Under the pieces are notes generated by a model that had not been told where the DNA came from, did no database searches, and was given only the letters and a program-made list of their open reading frames with translations. Both the position numbers and the translations under genes were made by a program. From the NCBI GenBank assembly GCA_040285825.1, contig JAUPSS010000002.1, positions 1,674,001 to 1,738,000 of the forward strand: 64,000 nucleotides of DNA, in the 5' to 3' direction. The DNA comes from Eukaryota sp. TZLM1-RC. Its lineage: Eukaryota > Protista > Metamonada: BaSk clade. This document shows, piece after piece, positions 1 through 14,189 of the stretch; within the stretch, counting starts at the first letter, position 1; every line of letters starts with the position of its first letter.

Positions 1-1052
1 AAATTATTTGTTTAAAAATGAAGAGGGAAGAGGGCGGTGAGGAGAAGTGGAAAGGACATCATCAACAACCTGTGTTCGTTGGTTCTTTCTTTTGATTCTA
101 TTGAAAACAGAAACAGATTCAAGCAAGACTAAGAAAGAGTAGAAACTAAGTAAAAAACTGAAGTAAGACGGATTTTTCGTAGAGGAGGGTGAAAAAAAAG
201 AACGTTCTGTTCTTTCCTAAATGCATTCAGAAACATTTGGTGCAAATGTGGGATGGTAGTCGTTTCAGTTCAGAAGATAACTCATTCAAATATGGACTAC
301 TATGAGGATCTCACAATTGACATCCTTCGGAATTCTTGAACATTGCAATTTTTTTCCGCTGGGGTTAATAAAAACTTACTTGCAAACCATTACCAAAATA
401 ACCAAAACTTTTTGATTTGATTTTTTTCTTTTGATGATTGCAGTCAATTATTTTTTGACCTTTCTGAAAATATCAACTTAGTTAAACTCATTATTGTCAA
501 TTATTTTCATCATTGCTAAATGCCCATCAGAGGACAACTGCAATAAGTGTGAGGTGTTTTCTGTGGCCATGAAAAAAGATAGAAAATAGACAAACAGTCA
601 AGGCAAAGTATTGGAATAGGTTTGTATGAAAGTGTTTACAGAATTGTGCACATAATTGTAAAATATTATCTTTTATCAATTATTCCCAACCCTCTTTTCG
701 CCCCTAGACAGATATCAGGTGGCTAATTCTAATGGTGGCTATCTAAAGGATTTTATGTGGATCATGGTTCTCCTCAACAACAAACGTGGTTTTAAAAAAT
801 ATTTCGTAAATTGGGGGGGGGGGTTATTCAGATGTAAAACTTAACACCAACAGTACACAATTCAATCACACACATTTGTTGTGACTATTCATGCACTTGT
901 TCTCTAGTTAATAGAATAAATACTGATTGTTTGTTTTATTGACCTAAAATATTCCTATTTGTTTAAAAAATCGATTTAAGAAAATTCATCACAAAATACA
1001 GAATAAAAAACAAGAAAAAAACACTGCAAAGTAGATTTAAACAATAAATTCA
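1..1052 (-). repeat. Inverted segmental duplication of ~7830-8881; includes the 5' end of a family A retroelement at 1-198
   Basis: Reverse complement of 1-~908 is near-identical to 7975-8881; 909-1052 matches 7830-7975 with more mismatches; runs off the window edge. Confidence 0.95.
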
Positions 1053-1419
1053 ACTGTTTGTTTGATACCTCATTGAAACCTCGATCTGCTTCACTAATTT
1101 TGCTAAGAAGTGTTACGGACCAAAGTCGATCAATGAGTTTGGTTGTATTGTCCATGTTAGGTTAGTTTGTCTTTTGTTATTAATTTTTAAATGTTTTTAT
1201 TTGTCTGTAATTTAATCAATTTTGTGAATTCAGTTTCTAAAGAGAAACATGCTTCAAAAGTGCGATTGATAAGAGTAGAGAACGATGCATCAGAAATGCT
1301 TTACATAGCTTCTACCCACTACTACCCACTACTACCCACTTGCGGTATCTGTGATAAGGGATATCAAAAGGCTTCAGTGCTTTAGTTTGAATCATTTTTG
1401 AAAATACTTTGAGTTGTTT

Positions 1420-2675
1420 TTTATTAAATTTAATTAAAAACCTAAAAATGAACATCTAAAGAATCCATCTCTCCCAAAACAAAAACACTGTCTGCAACTC
1501 TCTCATAGTGAGAACCAAGAGAAAGCAAAGCATCAGAAACAATCCTCAACATCCCCTTAAAAATAGAAAACACAATTCTATTTTGCCAAAACAATCTGTT
1601 GAAATTTCTGTTAGTTCTCTTTACATTCAATTTAAAATCTGCCAGAAAAGGTATAGCCGTTGGAGCAAGTGAACCAAAAAGAGAAAATACAAATGGATAC
1701 AAATAATATTTTGCATGCTGTTGACTGGACAATTTGGACAAAGGTTCATTGTATTTTTTGATTTTGAAACTTTCAGCATTTGAAAGGGGATTATGAATTT
1801 CAGAATTAACAAGCCTTTCATTTGAGGCATTACAAGGATCAACAGACATTACACCCAATAATATGAAGGTTCCATCTAATCCAGGTAATAAGACATCACC
1901 TCTATTATTCTTATGAAAATCATCTTCAGTATCAAACAGATTTGACAACAGAGGTTCCAAAAAGAATTCAATTGTATGAGACTTACACATACAACATAAT
2001 TGGTCTCCTACAGCATTGTGAACCTTGCTTCTAAAAGAAATAAAATGTTGACAATTTAACAAATGAGTAATTGTAATTTCTCGAGCACATTTACAAATTA
2101 AATTTTGAGGTAAATTATCAGGCCAGATAAAGGAACGAAATCTCATATTCAAAGTCCAAGCAGAATCAGATAAGAGAGTACCATAAACTTGAGGATTTGT
2201 TGTTACTAACGCAGAAGAAGTACTATCACACATATCTTGTAAAAGATTTGCAAACGCGGGATTCTTTTTCTTGGCCAAGTCGAGTCTAAAATCAAAATCA
2301 AAGCTTGCAAAAATCTTTGACAATTTTTGTTGAAGCTTTTTACAGCAAAACTGCAAATTAAAAAGGGATCGGTTTGGAATTTCTTGAATTGATTGGGGAA
2401 AACATTTTTTCCAAATTTGTGGTGGCGATGTATCAAGTTCACAAGATAACTCAATCAAATATGGATTGCAACTGGGAACTAACAGATGAGAATCATCAGA
2501 AAATCTTCGAGAAAATTCATAAATAAAATTCTTGCCTCCACCCAAGAAAGCTGATTGACAAAAAATAGAAGATTTAGTAAATCCAGTACCACCCAAATTT
2601 GCTGGAGAAAATAAGTGATTTTTCAACATTCCTGGTTCTGCATCCAATAAATCAGCAAAAAATTCTGTTCTCAAT
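1420..2675 (-). mobile_element. Non-LTR retrotransposon family F, 3' fragment (post-RT, CCHC finger, RLE endonuclease)
   Basis: ORF 1442-2674: LGGTGF, CKC..HLLNC, RSKVHNAV, RGDVL..MSVD..KIKKY; ends DSLDVHF. Confidence 0.85.
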
Positions 2676-3997
2676 TTTGTTCTTGATCAAGAACAAGTAT
2701 TTTTATTAATAAAGCTCTCTTTTCTGCTTTTCATCTTTGGTATTTCTGCCTAACGGCATCAATAATTATTGGCCCTCATTGCAGATGATATCTACACGCG
2801 TACTACATCCGTAAGTTTTCTAAGGCAGAAAACTTTGAGTTGAATGTACTTCAACTCAGACGGGAGCTTTCCATAAATAATTACCAAAAAAATATTTATG
2901 GACATAAATTTTCTGCTCTGAAAAATAGTGACTATTTGTTCATCATGAAACACGTCAGCATAAATATTCTTTTACGCATACTGGAGATAAGTATTGTTCT
3001 CCATATAGAAATGCTAGCAAAATGATGGTTGAAGTCTCATTACCTTGTACGGGATTTGTTTTTTGTTTTCAACGTAGATCATGATGTTCACACTGCGTTA
3101 GCTTTATAGAATTAGATCAAAGTATCATCAGGCGAACATAGATGAAGCAGTTTTTGTTTGAGTATTTTCCGAATGTTTGTTTACTTTAGCTTAATGATCC
3201 ATTTTTCACTTTTTGTGCTTGTAATCCTTGATCTTGATGCTTAAACTTGGAATTATATATGCAATTTGAAAGAAAAATCAATAGTATTTAAATAAATTGT
3301 TGAGAATCCTGGAACTCAAGTAGAGCTTGAATGGAGATCTTGGTAGTTTTGAATTGGAGTCTAGTGTTGGTTCAACTCTACTGTTGTGTTTTCCTGGAAA
3401 AGAATTGGGTTTTTGTGCTAAAAATAGCTACAAAGTACAAGAATGGTATTTAAAGACTCGAATTTCATCTTAATGCTCATCTTAGCGTGGCCAAAATTGT
3501 TGGGCTATTGGATATTGTTGGGATATTGGAAAGTTCTTATATTTATTGGGAGAATATGAATGTTTTCATTTGTTTTAACATTAAAGCTATCATTCAGTTA
3601 TTGCATTTGTATACAATTTAGAACTTGCAGCCAATTGTTTTTGACTGATTTAGGCTATGATGATTTAGAATTTCAAGCTGTTAGTTATTGTTTGGTTTAC
3701 TTCATAGACAAAAATAAATCAAATTTCCATTTCAAAAAAACATTGAATATTTATAAACAATTCACAAAAATACTGAAAACCAACTCATTTTTGAAACTGT
3801 CCAGAAAACATTGAACAAAACAAAATGATATAAACAAACATTGTAAAAGAAACCGTACAAATAAAGGAAAAAGACTGGTAAAGACCTATAGCTAAAGTAG
3901 AAATTCCGACTTTGGAGACAAAACAGGATCCAAGAGGCTCAGGCTATACATTGTTGGTTAACATACCTCTTGTGGTTGAGAAGACCTCAATAAAAAT

Positions 3998-4612
3998 CTA
4001 CCGACAATCAATCAAAAATGATTGAACTTTCGCGACCTCCTGATCAAGCATTTTAAAGGAAATGTCGGTCAACTCATGAGTAATCTTTTCAAAAACTCGC
4101 TGTTGAACGATTACATCAATTCTTTTAATAATGCCATAAGTTTCTGGGTTCATTGATTCCTCCAATTTTGAGTAAGTCTGCTTCAGTACTTGGAAAAGAG
4201 ACACAGCAGTTGTGGGATAGTCCAATTCAAAGGAAGCAGGAGTGAGATGAAGGCATTGCAAATGAACCACACTTCCTTCTTTCTTCAATGCAGGTTTTAC
4301 TGAGCATTGAGGTTTTGAAACCGTCATTGCCTTCACCCCTGTATAGTTTTTGAAGAAATAAAACTCATACTCGTGAATAAGCTGTTGTAAATAACAAACA
4401 AAGGAAAGTCCGATCGGTAGATCCAACAACAAAGAAAGGGATTGTCCTAATGAGATGAATTCAAAGCATCTTCGTTGCAGCTCTTCATTTGGTACTGCTC
4501 GCATTATAGAAGTTGGGCTCAGCTGGACTACATTCATCCAAAAGACTGGCTTTGAATGAACATCCGAGAGAAATGCACAAGTATCACGACGTTTTTGAAG
4601 TAAAGATTGCAT
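3998..4612 (-). CDS. Hypothetical protein (204 aa)
   Basis: Intact ATG-TAG ORF with host-gene-like composition; no family confidently recognised. Confidence 0.65.
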   Translation of the reverse strand: MQSLLQKRRDTCAFLSDVHSKPVFWMNVVQLSPTSIMRAVPNEELQRRCFEFISLGQSLSLLLDLPIGLSFVCYLQQLIHEYEFYFFKNYTGVKAMTVSKPQCSVKPALKKEGSVVHLQCLHLTPASFELDYPTTAVSLFQVLKQTYSKLEESMNPETYGIIKRIDVIVQQRVFEKITHELTDISFKMLDQEVAKVQSFLIDCR

Positions 4613-4649
4613 TGTATTTTAAATGTTCAACAAAATGCATTTTGAAAAA

Positions 4650-5399
4650 CAATGTGATTTGCATTTTGGTAATTGCATTTTGAGTTCATCAAGTGGTGTG
4701 AAGCAAGGAGATCCGTTAGGACCTCTTTTGTTTTGTTTGGCCATTCATCCTATTTTATTGCAAATTCGAGAGATGTTTCATTCGCCAATAATGATTGCCT
4801 ATATGGATGATGTTGTTCCTATAGGTGATTTAAATATTGTGAAAGAAGCAACTGTATGTTTCAAAGAACTATTTTCCAAAAATGGACTTCGACTTAACCT
4901 ATTTAAATGTGTTTTACTTTCAAACTCTCCAGTTTCAACGATAGTTGATGGGACTGGAATTCAAGTTAAGTGATATTCAACTGATACTATTCGTTATTTG
5001 AGTTTGTTTTCAGAAAATGATGATGAAGTTACCCAAAAATTGTTTGATAAGTTGAATTTAAATTGACCAAATGATGAAATTGGATGTACAGAAAGATTTA
5101 TGGGAAGATTTATTAGTGACAACGCAAAGTTCTACTATTTTTGCATAAAATGAAGAAATTTTAAAAATCGATGTAGATAATAAAGATATCGATGGTTTTT
5201 CCAATCACTCAATGGCAATGTACCCGAAAAGAATTATATAAATTTAAAATACACTATTTGAAGTTCGAGCATTACAAAAACGACTGACTGGAATGTATGA
5301 AAATGATTTTTATAAAATCAATGCAGCTCGGCCGTTTTAAATCAAGATTTCCACTCATTGTTATTGGAAAAGGTGTTTGTGAAAATCAGTTATAAGATT
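4650..5399 (+). mobile_element. Family A retroelement fragment (RT core, decayed), left part
   Basis: GVKQGDPLGPLLF and YMDD; nucleotide similarity to 54550-55580. Confidence 0.85.
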
Positions 5400-6914
5400 T
5401 ATCAAATGTTTATTGATTGGTAGAAAGCCTGCTGATCTCATTATTGATGATCAAAGTGTTCCTTTTATCAATTATTTTGAATCAGGATTTCGTTTTTTAG
5501 GTTGTTATTTAGGCAATTTTGATGAAATTCGAAATCAGCTTTCCTCTCTTTTGGATAATTTTGAAGAAGAATTGATGGTTCTTTCAGATTTAAATATTGA
5601 AAAACATCTTAAATTTTTCTTCCTCAGAATTTGTTTTTCAGGGAAATTTACTCATATTTTACGATCAACATCACCATCTATTTCTCTCGAATTTTGCAGA
5701 ATTTTTAATGAATTAAGAACAAAATTTTTTGGCTAATTTGCTCAATATTGATTCTTCTTTTTACGTAGTCATATTTTTTGTAGCACAGAATTGGGAGGCC
5801 TGGATTTTCACAAATCAAAATATTTGTGTAAAGCCGCATTCATCGGTGGAGGAAAAAATTTCGTCTTTGAATTTTTGAAACGTTTTCCTGAAAACCAGCA
5901 TTTAATAGAATGTTGTGTTAGTGACTATTTAGTGTCCTTGCAGAGTGAAATTGAATGCATCTCTCCTCACATATGGTCCAAATGCTTTCCTGCGAAAACT
6001 TGGATTCCACTGTTCGTCTTAGCTTGGCAGAAGAAAAGAATCCCGTTTTTGCAAACTTTTTAATTGACCTCAAGGATAGTAGCTCAAGTTGTCTTAATTC
6101 CCAGATTCCAAATGTATATGGTCTATTATTAAATGATCATCAATGGACAACTGCCTTCAGGATGAGGTGTTTTCTGTGGCCATGTAGTGTGCCAAATGAT
6201 TTGATTTGTCGTTGTGGTCAGCTCATTAATCTGAATCTTTTATTTAATTGCAAATTTAATATTACATATCGCTCAGTTGTTCACGATGCTGTTAGAGACC
6301 AAATATACGCTATGTGCAAAAGTCATCACATTGAAGCTTTTGTTGAACCACTTGTGCGAAGGTTGGCATCTGAAAATGAAGATGAAAATACTTTTGGGAA
6401 ACGCCGTGCTTATTTAATTACCCCTGCCTCTGATGGTGTTATTAAAGTTGTTGATGTTGTCACTGTTGATGTTTGTAAAGACTCAGCAATTGACTGTGCT
6501 AAAAGAGATGAAACTCCACTTTGCTTTGCTGAAAAGTGCAAAATCAAAAAGTACAATGAACCCTTATCTCAGCTAGGACGTGTTGAGCATGTCAAATATC
6601 AGTTGGTTCCATTTGCTGTTTCTCTTTTTGGTAACATTGGAATATCTGGCATTAAATTTCTTGAAGGTTTCAGAAGTTTAATAAAAGAAGGAGCAGGAAA
6701 AGAATTGAACTTCAATTTCTGGCACAATAGAATTGTTTTTAGTATTCTTAAAGCAATTCCAGAAATGTTGACCAAAGCACTGTTACAATTAGGAATAGAG
6801 TATGAAAATCGCGCGCTGAAAAGATTTGATGATGTTGATGCGTGTATTGAGGATATTGAGTTCTAATTTTTTGTTTAATGTTTTGTTAGCGTTGAAAATA
6901 AATTTCAATTTATA
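5400..6914 (+). mobile_element. Family B non-LTR retrotransposon, 5'-truncated, nested in a family A copy
   Basis: FLGCYLG, CRC..NC, VHDAV, RRA..VDVV..KIKKY; ends CIEDIEF. Family A sequence resumes at ~6915 with an imperfect ~18-bp duplication. Confidence 0.85.
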
Positions 6915-7535
6915 AAAACAAGTTATCAGATTCTTCACTGTTTGTGACCATTGTAACACGAAGATTTGGACTTTGTGCTAAAAATGAAGCGTTTGTAACA
7001 AAAATGAGATTATATTTGAATATTCCCATTCACCAATTATTATTAAAAGAAAAATGTTTTTGTTCGAATTCACCGCAGCTCACTTTGCGTCATTGCTCTG
7101 AATTGTTCGAAATTAATAACTGATCGTTCTTCATTACATGATGCTGTTAGAGACACTGTTTTTCATATGGCACAAACTGCAAGAATTTTGTGTATCAAAG
7201 TACCTCTGCTGAAGGAAACACTGTCATTGAATAATTCCGGTTCTGATGATAGAAATGATGTATACTGTGATTGGATTGATAATTCTGAAGCTATTGTTGA
7301 CTTTGTCTCATGTAATGTTGCAAATGATGCTTTGGTTCACAGAAGAAAACTTAATCCTGTAAGTGCTCTAGAATTTAAAGCTAAAGAAAAACATAGAAAA
7401 TATGACAAATATATCGAAGAAGCTAATGCTGATAGAAATACACAGCTAGTTTTTATTGCTTTCCCATTTTCGATAAACGGAAGACTATCAGTAGAAGCAG
7501 AAACTTTTTTGAATGACTTCCAAAAAATGGTGAAA
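6915..7535 (+). mobile_element. Family A fragment, right part (RLE domain)
   Basis: DDRNDVYCDW..VDFVSC..KEKHRKY; continues the 4650-5399 piece. Confidence 0.85.
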
Positions 7536-8683
7536 TTTCAGTATAGAAATGCATTTTCAATATACAAAATGCGTTTTATTGATATAAAACATTTTTCCTA
7601 TTAACAATCAACGTAAAATACTGGGTTTGCAACACTTTTAAGCCCCCGCATACGGTGTTTCTATAGAATTGTAAATTCAGAAAACCCACAGAAGGTTTTG
7701 TTTCTGAAGTTACCTCTATGCTGAAGAAACTACAAAATCTACCAAGCTACAGTTGAAGTTGATCTTATGGACAGTTCAACTTATTTTGGAATTTCCACTC
7801 ATTCTGTGGCTTTTTTGTATCAAACAAACATTTAAATTTATTGTCTAAAACAACTATGCAGTGTTTGTTTTTGGCTTTTCATTCTGTATTTTGTGATAAA
7901 TTTTCTTAAATGGACTTTTAAACAAATAAAAATATGTTATGTCAATAAAACAAACAACTAGTATTTATTCTATTAAATAGAGAACAAGTGCATGAATAGT
8001 CACAACAAATGTGTGTGATTGAATTGTGTACTGTTGGTGTTAAGTTTTACATCTGAATACCCCCCCCCCAATTTACGAAATATTTTTTAAAACCACGTTT
8101 GTTGTTGAGGAGAACCATGATCCACATAAAATCCTTTAGATAGCCACCATTAGAATTAGCCACCTGATATCTGTCTAGGGGCGAAAAGAGGGTTGGGAAT
8201 AATTGATAAAAGATAATATTTTACAATTATGTGCACAACTCTGTGAACACTTTCATACAAACCTATTCCAATACTTTGCCTTGACTGTTTGTCTATTTTC
8301 TATCTTTTTTTCATGGCCACAGAAAACACCTCACACTTATTGCAGTTGTCCTCTGATGGGCATTTAGCAATGATGAAAATAATTGACAATAATGAGTTTA
8401 ACTAAGTTGATATTTTCAGAAAGGTCAAAAAATAATTGACTGCAATCATCAAAAGAAAAAAATCAAATCAAAAAGTTTTGGTTATTTTGGTAATGGTTTG
8501 CAAGTAAGTTTTTATTAACCCCAGCGGAAAAAAATTGCAATGTTCAAGAATTCCGAAGGATGTCAATTGTGAGATCCTCATAGTAGTCCATATTTGAATG
8601 AGTTATCTTCTGAACTGAAACGACTACCATCCCACATTTGCACCAAATGTTTCTGAATGCATTTAGGAAAGAACAGAACGTTC

Positions 8684-11103
8684 TTTTTTTCCCCCTCCTC
8701 TACGAAAAATCCGTCTTACTTCAGTTTTTTACTTAGTTTCTACTCTTTCTTAGTCTTGCTTGAATCTGTTTCTGTTTTCAATAGAATCAAAAGAAAGAAC
8801 CAACGAACACAGGTTGTTGATGATGTCCTTTCCACTTCTCCTCACCGCCCTCTTCCCTCTTCATTTTTAAACAAATAATTTTCTGATCAAGAAATTTGTG
8901 AAAATGTTGTAGCAAGTAAAGATTACCTTCACAACTGTTCTAACTGCCGAGAACAGGGACATTATGCTCGAACATGTCCCAATGTGGAAAACAATGACGT
9001 TCCAAATTCTGAAAAAAAGTGCAGGAGAAAATTTACTAGAAGAATTGAATCTGAAGGAAAATCAATCAATAATTCTCCACAACTTGTTGTAAAACCAGCA
9101 AACAATCGTATCAAGCATAAATTTTGCAGCAATTGTAGTGTTTCTTTCAGAAAAAACCAAAAAGGTAAAACTGCAGATCGATGCTTGAAATGTAGAATAG
9201 AAGACAATTGCCACCCTCCCATAAAAATCCCCGAAGAAATACATCTGTCGAAATGCAATGAATTTGCTTTTGTTTATAACAGATTTTTGGATCAATTATG
9301 TAAAGGAAAATATGCTATCAATTTTCTCTGGGAATTCTTTGGTTTTTTGTGCTCCTTTAAACAAGAAGATCCGTTAGGACCTCTTTTGTTTTGTCTGGCC
9401 ATTCATCCAATTTTATTACAAATTCAAACAATGTTTCCTTCTTTAACGATGATTGCTTATAAGGATGATGTTGTTCTTATAGGTGACTTAACGATTGCCA
9501 GCGAAGCAACTGTATGTTTCAAAGAACTATTTAACAAAATTGGCCTCCAACTTAATTTACTGAAATGTGTTTTACTTTCGAATTCTCCAGTTTCTACAAT
9601 AGTTGATGGTATTGAAATTCAAGCCAAATTATATTCAATTGATGCTATTCGTCATTTGGGTTCGTTTTTAGGAAATAATGATGAAATTACCAAAGAATTG
9701 TTTCAAAATTTGAACTCAATTTCCGAAAATATTGACCGAATGATGATTTTAGATATACAAAAACATATCAAATTTACCATTATAAGACTGTGTTTTAGTT
9801 CCAACTTTAATCCTATAATTCGATTCACAAATCCTCTTGTCACTAGGCCTTTGGCCCAGAAGTTCAATGAATTACGTGCAAAAGTGTTGTTCCAATTAAT
9901 AGGATGTAAAATGTTCCAAATTCCTGATCATGCTTATCTTAGTCCACATTATGGCGGTTAAGCTTGGACAAACGCTTCTATTCTTACTTCATGTGCTTTT
10001 ATCGGTGTAATGCAGGAATGCAATTTTTGAGTTTTCTGAAAGATTTGCCGATTGGGAAGATTTATTGATGACAACGCAAAGTTGTACTGTTTTTGCTTTA
10101 AATGATGAAATTTCACAAACTGATGTAGAAAAATGGAGTCGATGCTTTCCCCAATCATTCAATGGTAATATTCCAGAAAAGAATTTTTTAAATTTAAATT
10201 ACATTCTGCGAACATTACTGAAACGATTGACTAGAATATATGAAAATGATCTTTATAATAATAAATGCACCTCGGCCGTTTTAAATCAAGATCTTCACTC
10301 ATTGTTATTGGAAAAGGATGTTTGTGAAAACCAGTCATCAGATTCATCACTGTTTGTAACCATTGTACCACGAAGGTTTGGACTGTGTGTTAATCATGAA
10401 GCGTTTGTAACAAAAATGAGATTATATCTGAATAGCCTTATTAATCAATTATTATCAAAAGAACGATGTATTTATTCAAATTCACCACAGCTCACTTTGC
10501 GTCATGGTCTGAATTGTTCTATATTGATAACTTATCGTTCTTCATTACATGATGCTGTTAGAGACACTGTTTTCAATATGGCACAAACTGTAAGAATATC
10601 GTGTATCAAAGAGCCTCTGCTGAAGGGAACACTTTTATTGAATAATTTTGGTTCTGATGATAGAGGTGATGTATACTGTGATTAGATTGATAATTCTGAA
10701 GCTGTTGTTGACTTTGTTCCTGTAAATGCTCTCGAATTTAAGGCCGACAAAAAACATAGATAATGCGGTAAAGTTATTGAAAAAGCTAATGCTGATAGAA
10801 ATAGACCAATTTTTTATTGCTTTCCTATTTTCGATAAACGGAAGATTATCAGCAGAAGCGGAAACTTTTTTGAATGATTTCCAAAAAATGGTTCAAAAAA
10901 ACAATGAAAAAATTTGATATTTTTTATGACGCTCTCGGATTCAGTTTGCCGTTAATAATAGATTACCTCCGTTCTTCAATCGAATTGGAGAAGCTTTAGC
11001 TAGACAGCAAGCAGATCAAGATTTTGTAGAGGAAATCTTGGTTCAATGAATTTAGTCCTGATAGTTATGACTTTATTTTGTTAAGATCACAAGTTCAATA
11101 AAT
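8684..11103 (+). mobile_element. Family A retroelement with both ends but an internal RT deletion
   Basis: 5' pyrimidine start like 53055; zinc knuckle; FLCSF jumps directly to KQEDPLGPLLF; 3' DFVEEILVQ and AATAAA. Confidence 0.9.
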
Positions 11104-11684
11104 TAAGAACCTTTGGTTGGTTAAGAAAAAATACCACTTTTGCAAATGAAACCCCTTCCATGACTTGATTTCGAGTCTAGAAACATTGCCACCACGACAG
11201 AAACAACCGAAGCAACCAGACCAAAAAATGGAATAGAAAGAGGTTTTTCGCAGCGAGAGTAGTACTGACCGAATGGAAAGTTAACAATGACGAGAAAGAC
11301 AGATCCATAGATTCTGAGTGAAGAGATCCAAAGACAAACCAGTAAGAACACTATACTGTAATTGAAACTGTAATAGAGATGACATCATTCAACAGCAAGG
11401 TCAACAACATTGTTGACAGTGTTTCAAATGAAAGTGATGAAGATAGTCAAAAGTGAGGGAGATCATTACCAAGTTGAAGGTTGAAAACCTGCCAAAATAG
11501 GCCACCAGAAGTCGAAAATGGTGGTGACAAGTGAAAAATTTGATAAATAGGCTCATTATTCTCGTTGCATGTCAGACGCACTTTTTGAACCAAAGATGAT
11601 TCAGGATTCAGGATCCCTTACTGTCAATCTACTGGAAAGATTGTTACAAATTCTGTTTCTCATATTTTTACTTAAAAAAATAAA

Positions 11685-12765
11685 TCAATTGTGGCAGCTC
11701 TTATCTTATTTCTTTGCAACAGGAAATTGAAACTCTTTCACCCAATATTTGGTCTAAATTTTTCCCCTCTGATATTGTGGAACTTCTTCCAAGAAGCTTG
11801 CTCTCCTTACCACTGACTTTTGCAAAATTGCAGAAAAAATCTTGAAAGTTTTAGAAAACTTGGATTATATTGTACGTTTTAGCTTGGCTAAAGAAAAAAA
11901 TCCCGTTTTTGCAAACTTTTTGATTGATCTTGAAGACAGTTGCTCAAGTAGCCTAATCTCCCAAATTCCCAACATTTTGGCCTTCTACTTAATGATCACC
12001 AATGGACCACTGCAATGAGAATGAGATGTTTTCTATGGCCTTGTTCTTTACCAAATGATTTAATTTGTCGCTGCAAGAGTGTTGTTATGCTTTCCCATAT
12101 TTTAAACTGTAAGTATTTCATAACTTATCGCTCAATTGTTCATGACTCAGCTCGTGATCAATTATATGCCATGTGCAAAAGTTTCAATATAGCGGCATTT
12201 ATTGAGCCATTAGTACGTAAGCTGTCTTCAGATCAAACTGATGATTCCTTTGGTAAAAGAAGGGCAGATTTAGTAGCTCCAGGGATCGATGGTGTTCTCA
12301 ATGTTGTAGATGTTGTCTCAGTTGATGTTTGCAAAAATTCTGCTGCTCGTTTAGTGTATTCCGCTGAGCAGCCGTTATCTAACGCCGAAAAACAGAAGAT
12401 AAAAAAATATGAAGAACCTTTGGCACAGTTAGGTAGAGTGGAACATGTGAAATATCAGTTTGTGCCGTTTGCAATTTCTCTTTTTGGCAATATTGTACCT
12501 TCAGGGTTGCACTTTTTTGACAATTTCAAAAAAGTGTTACTGAATAGGTCTGGTAAAACAATGAACTCCACTTTCTGGTTAAATAGAATTGTTTTTTTGC
12601 ATTTTCAAGTCTATTCCAACAATGATTTCAAAGGCACTTTTAGCTATTGGTGTAGAATATGAACGAAATGCTGTGAGTAGGTTTTGTAATAGTGACGCTT
12701 GTTTGGAGGATATTGAATTCTAGATGGGTTTTTTTATTTCAATAAATATTCCAGTTGAAAAAAAC
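11685..12765 (+). mobile_element. Family C non-LTR retrotransposon 3' fragment
   Basis: CRC..HILNC, VHDS, KRRADLV..VDVV..KIKKY; ends CLEDIEF; close to 61685-62845. Confidence 0.85.
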
Positions 12766-12894
12766 AGATTGAATTAAATCTTTGTTTTTGTGATCTTGTA
12801 GGAAGGTTAACAAGCAGAAATGAACATTATTGTAGAGTTGATGATAAAAATAACATTTTGAATCATCAATCCTCTGATAATGAATTGCTAAGTT

Positions 12895-13605
12895 CGTTAA
12901 TTATTATCAAAAGAAAAATGTATATGTTCGAATTCATCTCAACCCACTTTGCGCCATGCTCTGAATTGTTCTAAATTGATAACTTATCGTTCTTCACTAC
13001 ATGATGCTGTCAGAGACACTGTTTTCAATATGGCACAAACTGCAAGAATATCGTGTATCAAAGAGCCTCTGCTGAAGGAAACACTGTCATTGAATAATTT
13101 TGGTTCTGATGATAGAGGTGATGTATACTGTGATTTGATTGATAATTCTGAAGCTGTTGTTGATTTTGTCTCCTGTAATGTTGCAAATGACACTTTGGTT
13201 CACAGAAGAAAACTTAATTCTGTGACTGCTCTTGATTTTAAAGCAAAAGAGAAACATAGAAAATATTATAAAGATATTGAAGAGGCTAATGCCGATAGAA
13301 ATACACAGCTGGTTTTTATTGCTTTTCCATTTTCGATAAATGGAAGATTATCAGATGAAGCAGAATTTTTGTTGAATGACTTCCAAAAAATGGTTCAAGT
13401 AAAAACAATGATAAGATTTGACATTTTTTTATGGCGTTCTCGGATTCAATTTGTTGTTAATAGATTAGCTCGGTTTTTCAATCGAATAAGAGAAGCTTTA
13501 GCTAGACAGCAAGCAGATCAAGATTTTGTAGAGGAAATCTTGGTTCATTGAATTTTGTCCCATTAGTTATGAATTAATTTTATTAAGTGTGCAAGATGAA
13601 TAAAA
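12895..13605 (+). mobile_element. Family A 3' fragment
   Basis: ORF 12949-13551 encodes the RLE domain; family A 3' UTR. Confidence 0.9.
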
Positions 13606-13609
13606 AAAT

Positions 13610-13915
13610 CGATCCCCACCTTGTTGGAAGTGTTTCTGGATTTCTTTCAAAAATCTCGTTCTTCGAAATATGACAGATTAGGGAAAAAGGCTGTCACCAT
13701 TTCAAACCCAAATAATAGCTTCTTCACCATTAACCATGTGTTTAATTGTAACGATAAATACCATTATATTTTTGTCTCCTAATAAAAAAATCAACTTTGT
13801 TCCGTCGCAGGACTCGGCGATCTTCATAAGTTACTAACTGTTTAAGGACTGATCTGCGAACAAAATCTGAATCATTAGTTTCTTCTTCGGTCGGTACCCA
13901 CTGCAGGGGCTATAA
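13610..13915 (-). pseudogene. Fanzor family Fz-a internal fragment
   Basis: Nucleotide similarity to 60590-60900 (e.g. shared cgcaggactcggcgatct). Confidence 0.65.
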
Positions 13916-14189
13916 TATGCATCCCTTTTGAAATAGAAAATGAAATTCTATTCCGTCAAAATAGTTTATTAATAATTTTTTTAATGATCTGGGCAAAATA
14001 TGTTAGAAAAGATTAATTGAGTTTTATTTCGAGAGAAAAACCACTCAACTGACTACAAAAATGGGCATTATAAGTATTAAGCTCCTTGTTACTTATCAAA
14101 ATTAAATATTCATAGTTGGAGTCTTGGTTTAGAATACCTAGGAGTACAGTGAGTCTGAAGTATTGATTGTAGAGAAATTTCCTCTTACT

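Noticed and set aside
1312-1340. (ctacccacta)x3 and the 63604-63654 repeat as CRISPR-like arrays
   Set aside because: Simple tandem units with no spacers.
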